Assembly: GCF_044704955.1 (NCBI RefSeq) | Contig: NC_091984.1 | Span: forward strand, 147,808,001 to 147,872,000 | Length of the DNA: 64,000 nucleotides | From: Pristiophorus japonicus | Lineage: Eukaryota | Direction: 5' to 3' | Shown here: piece by piece, positions 58,145-64,000 of the stretch | Position numbering within the stretch: the first letter of the stretch is position 1 | Layout: each line of letters begins with the position of its first letter | Notes under the pieces: model-generated | The model's database searches: none | What the model was told of the DNA's origin: nothing | Seen by the model: the letters and a program-made list of their open reading frames with translations, nothing else | Program-made: the position numbers and the translations under genes

Positions 58145-60910
58145 CAACCTGGCCTGCTACCTTCAGGAATCTGTGGACATGCAAACCAAGGTCCCTTTGT
58201 TCTTCTACACCTTTCAGTGTCCTGCCATTTAATGTGTATTCCCTTGCCTTGTTAGCCCAAATGCATGATCTCACACTTCTCCGGATTCAATTCCATTTGC
58301 CATTGTTCTGCCCACCTGAACATTTCATTGATATATTCCTGCAGTCTACAGCTTTCTTCTTCATTATCAACCACACGGCCGATTTTACTATCATCGACAA
58401 AATTCTTAATCATACCCCCTACATTCAAGTCTAAATCCTCGATAGACACCACAAAAAGCAAGGGACCTTGTACTGAGCCCTGCGGAATCCCACGTGAAAC
58501 AGCCTTCCAGTCACAAAAACACCCATCAACCATTACACTTTGCTTCCTGCCTCTGAGACAATTTTGGATCTAACTTGCCACTTTGCCCTGGATCCCATGG
58601 GCTTTTACTTTCGATACCAGTCTGAAAAGTGGGACCTTCTCAAAAGTCTTGCTAAAATCCATATACACGACATCAAACGCACAGCCCTCATCGAGCCTCC
58701 ACACACAGATTACCTTTATGGTCTCAATTAGGCCAATCTCTTTCTTTAATTATCCTCCTGCTCTTAATATATTTATAAAACATCTTTGGGTTTTCCTTGA
58801 TTTTACTTGCCAAAATGTTTTCATGCTCTCTCTTTGCTTTCCTAATTTCCTTTCCAATTGCACCCCTGCACTTTCTATACTCCTCTAAAGTTCCTGCAGT
58901 ATTGAGCCCTCGGTATCTGTCACAAGCCTCCCTTTTTTACTTTATCCTACACTGCATTTCACTTGACATCCAGGGCCTCTAGATTTGTTAGTCCCACCCT
59001 TTTTCTTTAAGGGAACAGACTTACTCTGAAACCACAGGATTTCCTCCTTGAATGCCTCCCACTGCTCTGACACTGATTTACCTTCAAGTAGCCGTTTCCA
59101 GTCCACTTTGGCCAAATCTCATCTCAGCTCAGCAAAATTGGCTTTTCCCTAACTGAGAACTTTTATTCCTGGTCTATCTTTGTCCTTTTCCATAACTACC
59201 TTAAATCTAACTGAATTATGATCACAGGCACCAAAATGCTCTCCCACTGATACCCCTTCCACCTGCCCCTTTTCATTCCCCAAAACCAAGTCCAGAACCG
59301 TCCCCTCCCTTGTCGGGCTTGATACATACTGGCTAAAAAAGTTCTCCTAAATGCATTTTAAGGAATTCCGCACCCTCTGTACCTTTCACACTAATTTTAA
59401 TATTAGGGTAGTTGAAATCCCCTACTCTTACTGCCTTATAGTTTTTGCAATTGTCAGAAATGTGCCCACATATTTGCTCTTCTCTCTCCCTCTGACTGTT
59501 TGGGGGTCTATAGTACCAACAGTGTGATTACCCCTTTTTCATTCTTCAATTCGACCTATATGGCCTCATTTGATGATCCTTCCGACATATCATCCCTCCT
59601 CACAGCTGTAATTGTTTCTTTCAATTGTTTCACAACTGCGACCCCCTCCTTTTTAACCCCCTCTCTATCCCGTCTGAAAACCCTGTAACCAGGAATGTTG
59701 AGCTGCCATACCTGCCCTTCCTTCAGCCATGTCTCAGTAATAGCTATAATATCATACTCCCAAATGTCTATCTGTGCTCTCAGCTCATCTGCCTTATTCC
59801 CTATACTCCTTGCAATGAAGTATATACCATTTAGCACTGCCAAACTGCCTTGTTGTCTATTTTCTAGGTTTGTTTCCTCTGTCTTCCAAATTCACTTTCT
59901 ACTTTTCTGCTTTCCAATTCCAGCTTTGCTTCTATCCCATCTGTATCTATTCTCCGCGACCCATCCCCTGCCAAGTTCGTTTAAACCCTCCCCAACAGCA
60001 CTAGCAAAGCCCCCGCGAGGATATTGGTCCCAGCTCCGTTGAGGTGCAACCCGTCCGGCTTGTATAGGTCCCACCTCCCGCAGAAACGGTCCCAAAGCCT
60101 CAGGAAACTAAAGCCCTCCCTCCTGCATCATCTCTCCAGCCACGCATTCATCTGCTCTATCCTCCTATTTCTGTACTCACTAGCACGTGGCACCGGGAGT
60201 AATCCGGAGATTACTACCTTTGAGGTCTTGCTTTTTAATCTCTCTCCAAGCTCCCAAAATTCTGCCTGTAGGACCTCATCCCTCTTTCTACCTATATCAT
60301 TGGTACCGATATGGACCACAACCTCTGGCTGTTCACCCTCCCCCTCAGAATGTACTGCAGCCACTCAGTGACATACTTGACTCTGGCACCAGGCAGACAA
60401 CATATCATCCTGGGGTCACGTCTGCGGCCGCAGAAATGCCTGTCTGTTCCCCTAACTATCGAATCCCCTACCACTCTTCTTCCTCCCCCTTGTGCAGCTG
60501 AGCCACCCGTGGTGCCGTGGACTTGGCTCTGGCTGCACTTCCTAGAGGCACCATCGCCCCCACCAGTACTCACAACAGAATACTGGTTGGAGAGCGAGAT
60601 GGACTCAGGGGACTCCTGCACTACCTGCCTGGATCTCCTCTTCTGTCTGGTGGTCACCCATTCCCTCCCTGCCTGCACACTCTTAAGCTGCGTGGTGACC
60701 ACCTCTAGAAACGTGCTATCCACGAAGTTCTCAGCCTCGCGGATGCACCGCAGTGACTCCAGCCGCCGCTCAATCTCCGAAACGCGGAGCTCGAGTTGCT
60801 GTAGCTGACACTTTCTGCACATGTGGTCGTCTAGACCACGAGAAGTGTCCAGGACTTCCCACATGCCACAGGATGTGCACTCCATGGGACAGAACCGCCC
60901 TGCCATGCCT
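58145..60910 (-). mobile_element. CR1 with ORF1 and partial ORF2 (paralogue of 31765-36540)
   Basis: ORF 60292..60969: CTSC...CRKC, coiled coil, GDSIVRG; EN 59556..59843; RT 58252..58533. Confidence 0.92.
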
Positions 60911-61074
60911 CTATTTAAAAGACTGAGAACTAACTTCGCAGAAATAAACTTAAAACGAAAAAAAAACAAATAACGACCCTGCCCTCATCATTCAGGCCAT
61001 AATTTCGGGATTTGTTCACCCCACTGAGGGCAAACACCGTCGATGGGCCATGAATGGGCCTTAAGTTTTCAGCT

Positions 61075-61715
61075 CAGTCAGCTGTGGCTCAATGGGCAGC
61101 ACACTCACCTCTGAGTCTGAAAGTTGTAGGATCACGTCCCACTCCAGAGACGTGAAACGGATAGCACCCAGTGAGTCGTGTCCGCCTCCTGTGAGCCGTG
61201 TCCATGACCATGAGCGGTGTACGTGAGCAGTGTCTGCGCTGGGCCTGCGGATCATTAACCGGGCCGCACTTCACTTGCGGGGTGAAATTTACCGGGAGGT
61301 GCGTGCTGTCGCACCCCGTCATTTGTTTTTGACGACTTACCGGTCGGGCCTTTCTGGCCGATGTGGTGGGGTCGATGCCGCGATGGTGCAGCCCGAAACT
61401 CGGCGCTGAGCCCACCCCCAGGGGAAGTGCAGCGCGCCACATTGCGCTCCATTTCCTGTCAGGTGTCGTGACCCCAATTTCGCTTCCAGGGCGGGATTTC
61501 GACGTGGGAAAAGTTACCGCCCCAACCGGGGCAATACGCAATTTGGGCCCATTATCTGGTCATAGTCACATGTGGGAGCTTGCTGTGCACAAACTGTCTG
61601 GCATGTCTTCTCCATTACCGCAGTGACTATACTTCAAAAGTACTTCATTGGCTGTAAAGCGTTTTGGGACATCCTGAGGTGGTGAAAGGCGCTATATAAA
61701 TGCAAGTCTTTCTTT
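61075..61715 (+). mobile_element. Interrupted DeuSINE: head ~61075-61160, tail ~61570-61715, GC-rich MITE-like insert between
   Basis: TGGCTCAATGG A box and similarity to 37234-37657. Confidence 0.6.
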
Positions 61716-62147
61716 CCAATTCAGCTCTACATCTTTCAAACCCAAACCCGCGGACAGTGACGGACAGGTAAAGACCCTGTGGTCCATCCAGCCCGTCCCA
61801 CACAATTGCAATACCTTGTGTATCACAGTATCGACTCTCCACCCCACCCAAAACTACCTGATCTCCTGGGAGAGGCGAAAAACTAGGTAAAAAACCCATT
61901 GGGGGGAAATAAATCTGGGAAACTCCTCTCTGACCTCTGCGCCCCCCCCCCCCCACCCCCCCGCCCGCAGGCGATGGAAACTACTCCAGGAGGTCACTGT
62001 GGCCCTGATTTCCCTGCAGTAACTACCTTCTGTAAGTGGTGATCTCCGCACCGGCCACAAACAGGTCCTGCTCTCGCTTATGTACAGCTCATGGATTTAA
62101 AATTACAAGCTTTCCCCACAGTGTCAAGTGCTGCAAATACATGTTGC

Positions 62148-64000
62148 ATAGAAACATAGAAAATAGGTGCAGGAGTAGGCTATTCGGCCCTTCGAGCCTG
62201 CACCGTCATTCAATAAGATCATGGCTGATCATTCACTCAGTGCCCCTTTCATGCTTTCTCGCCATACCCCTTGACCCCTTAGCCATATCTAACTCCCTCT
62301 TGAATATATCCAATGAACTGGCATAAACAACTCTCTGCGGTAGGGAATTCCACAGGTTAACAACTCTCTGAGTGAAGAAGTTTCTTCTCATCTCAGGCCT
62401 CAATGGCCTACCCCTTATCCTGAGACTATGCCCCCTGGTTCCGGACTTCCCCAACATCGGGAACATTCTTCCTGCACCTAACCCATCCCTTCCCGTCAGA
62501 ATCTTATACATTTCAATGAGTTCCCTTTGTTGGGGAGGGCATCAAACTGGAAATTAGGGGTGCATGCAATAAAGGTGCAGCAGTTATCATGAGTGACTTT
62601 AATATGCATATAGATTGGGCTAACCAAACTGGAAACAATACGGTGGAGGAGGATTTCCTGGAGCACATAAGGGATGGATTTCTAGACCAATAAGTCGAGG
62701 AACCAACCAGGGGGGAGGCCATCTTAGACTGGGTGTTGTGTAATGAGAGAGGATTAATTAGCAATTTCATTGTGCGAGGCCCCTTGGGGATGAGTGACCA
62801 TAATATGGTGGAATTCTACATTAGGATGGAGAATGAAACGGTTAATTTAGAGACCATGGTCCAGAACTTAAAGAAGGGTAACTTTGAAGGTATGAGACGT
62901 GAATTGGCTAGGATAGATTGGCGAATGATACTTAAGGGGTTGACTGTGGATGGGCAATGGCAGACATTTAGAGACCGCATGGATGAACTATAACAATTGT
63001 ACATCCCTGTCTGGCATAAAAAATAAAAAAGGGAAGGTGGCTCAACCGTGGCTATCAAGAGAAATCAGGGATAGTATTAAAGCCAAGGAAGTGACAAACA
63101 AATTGGCCAGAAATAGCAGCGAACCCAGGGACTGGGAGAAATTTAGAACTCAGCAGAGGAGGACAAAGGGTTTGATTAGGGCAGGGAAAATAGAGTACAA
63201 GAGGAAGCTTACAGGGATCATTAAGACAGATTGCAAAAGCTTCTATAGATATGTAAAGAGAAAAAGGTTAGTAAATACAAATGTAGGTCCCCTGCAGTCA
63301 GAATCAGGGGAAGTCAGAACTGGGAACAAATAAATGGCAGACTAATTGAAAAAGTACTTTGGTTCGCTATTCACTAAGGAGGACACAAACAACCTTCCGG
63401 ATATAAAAGGGGTCAGAGGGTCTAGTAAGAAGGAGGAACTGAGGGAAATCCTTATTAGTCAGGAAATTGTGTTGGGGAAATTGATGGGATTGAAGGCCGA
63501 TAAATCTCCAGGGCCTGATGGTCTGCATCCCAGAGTACTTAAGGAGGTAGCCTTGGAAATAGCGGATGCATTGACAGTCATTTTCCAACATTCCATTGAC
63601 TCTGGATCAGTTCCTTTCGAGTGGAAGGTAGCCAATGTAACCCCACTTTTAAAAAAATTAGGGAGAGAGATAACAGCGAATTATAGACCGGTCAGCCTGA
63701 CATCGGTAGTGGGTAAAATGATGGAATCAATAATTAAGGATGTCAAAGCAGTGCATTTGGAAAGAGGTGACATGATAGGTCCAAGTCAGCATGGATTTGT
63801 CAAAGGGAAATCATGCTTGACAAATCTTCTGGAATTTTTTGAGGATGTTTCCAGTAGAGTGGACAAAGGAGAACCAGTTGATGTGGTGTATTTGGACTTT
63901 CAGAAGGCTTTCGACAAGGTCCCACACAAGAGATTAATGTGCAAAGTTAAAGCACATGGGATTGGGGGTAGGGTGCTGATGTGGATTGAGAACTGGTTGG
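62148..64000. mobile_element. CR1 3' end (-, 62148-62518) abutting CR1 ORF2 (+, 62520-64000, runs off window)
   Basis: SDHNMVEF, KSPGPDGLHP, YRPVSLTS and YLDFQKAFDKVPH motifs. Confidence 0.92.

Overview
Vertebrate DNA, almost certainly from a cartilaginous fish (shark-type Ig cluster organisation, shark-type CR1 and DeuSINE repeats); the species cannot be fixed from sequence alone. Most of the window is nested transposon debris: CR1/L2-clade, RTE and Tx1-like LINEs, DeuSINEs, PIF/Harbinger remnants, a TA-flanked MITE and solo LTRs. The one recognisable host gene is a complete, unrearranged kappa-type (NS4/type III-like) immunoglobulin light-chain cluster on the + strand: promoter ~19674-19761, leader 19821-19869, V 20049-20347 with a 12-RSS, a 23-RSS with J at 21697-21731, a 16.1-kb J-C intron, and C at 37869-38197. 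V and C are open, but J reads FSKG instead of FGxG and its RSS nonamer has two changes in the A-tract. The window opens inside a decayed class I (gamma/epsilon-like) endogenous retrovirus (pol, env, PPT, 3' LTR; 1-5031). A second, unrelated env+PPT+LTR remnant lies antisense in the J-C intron. Also notable: a duplicated composite block with a near-consensus CTCF motif (one copy in the intron, one ~20 kb downstream of C), a perfect DR3 nuclear-receptor array upstream of V, a kB-like cluster downstream of C, and a ~2-kb 11-bp minisatellite grown from a Harbinger subterminal motif. There is no CRISPR, rRNA or true tRNA gene. All regulatory calls are motif-level inference, and TE boundaries are approximate unless a TSD is quoted.
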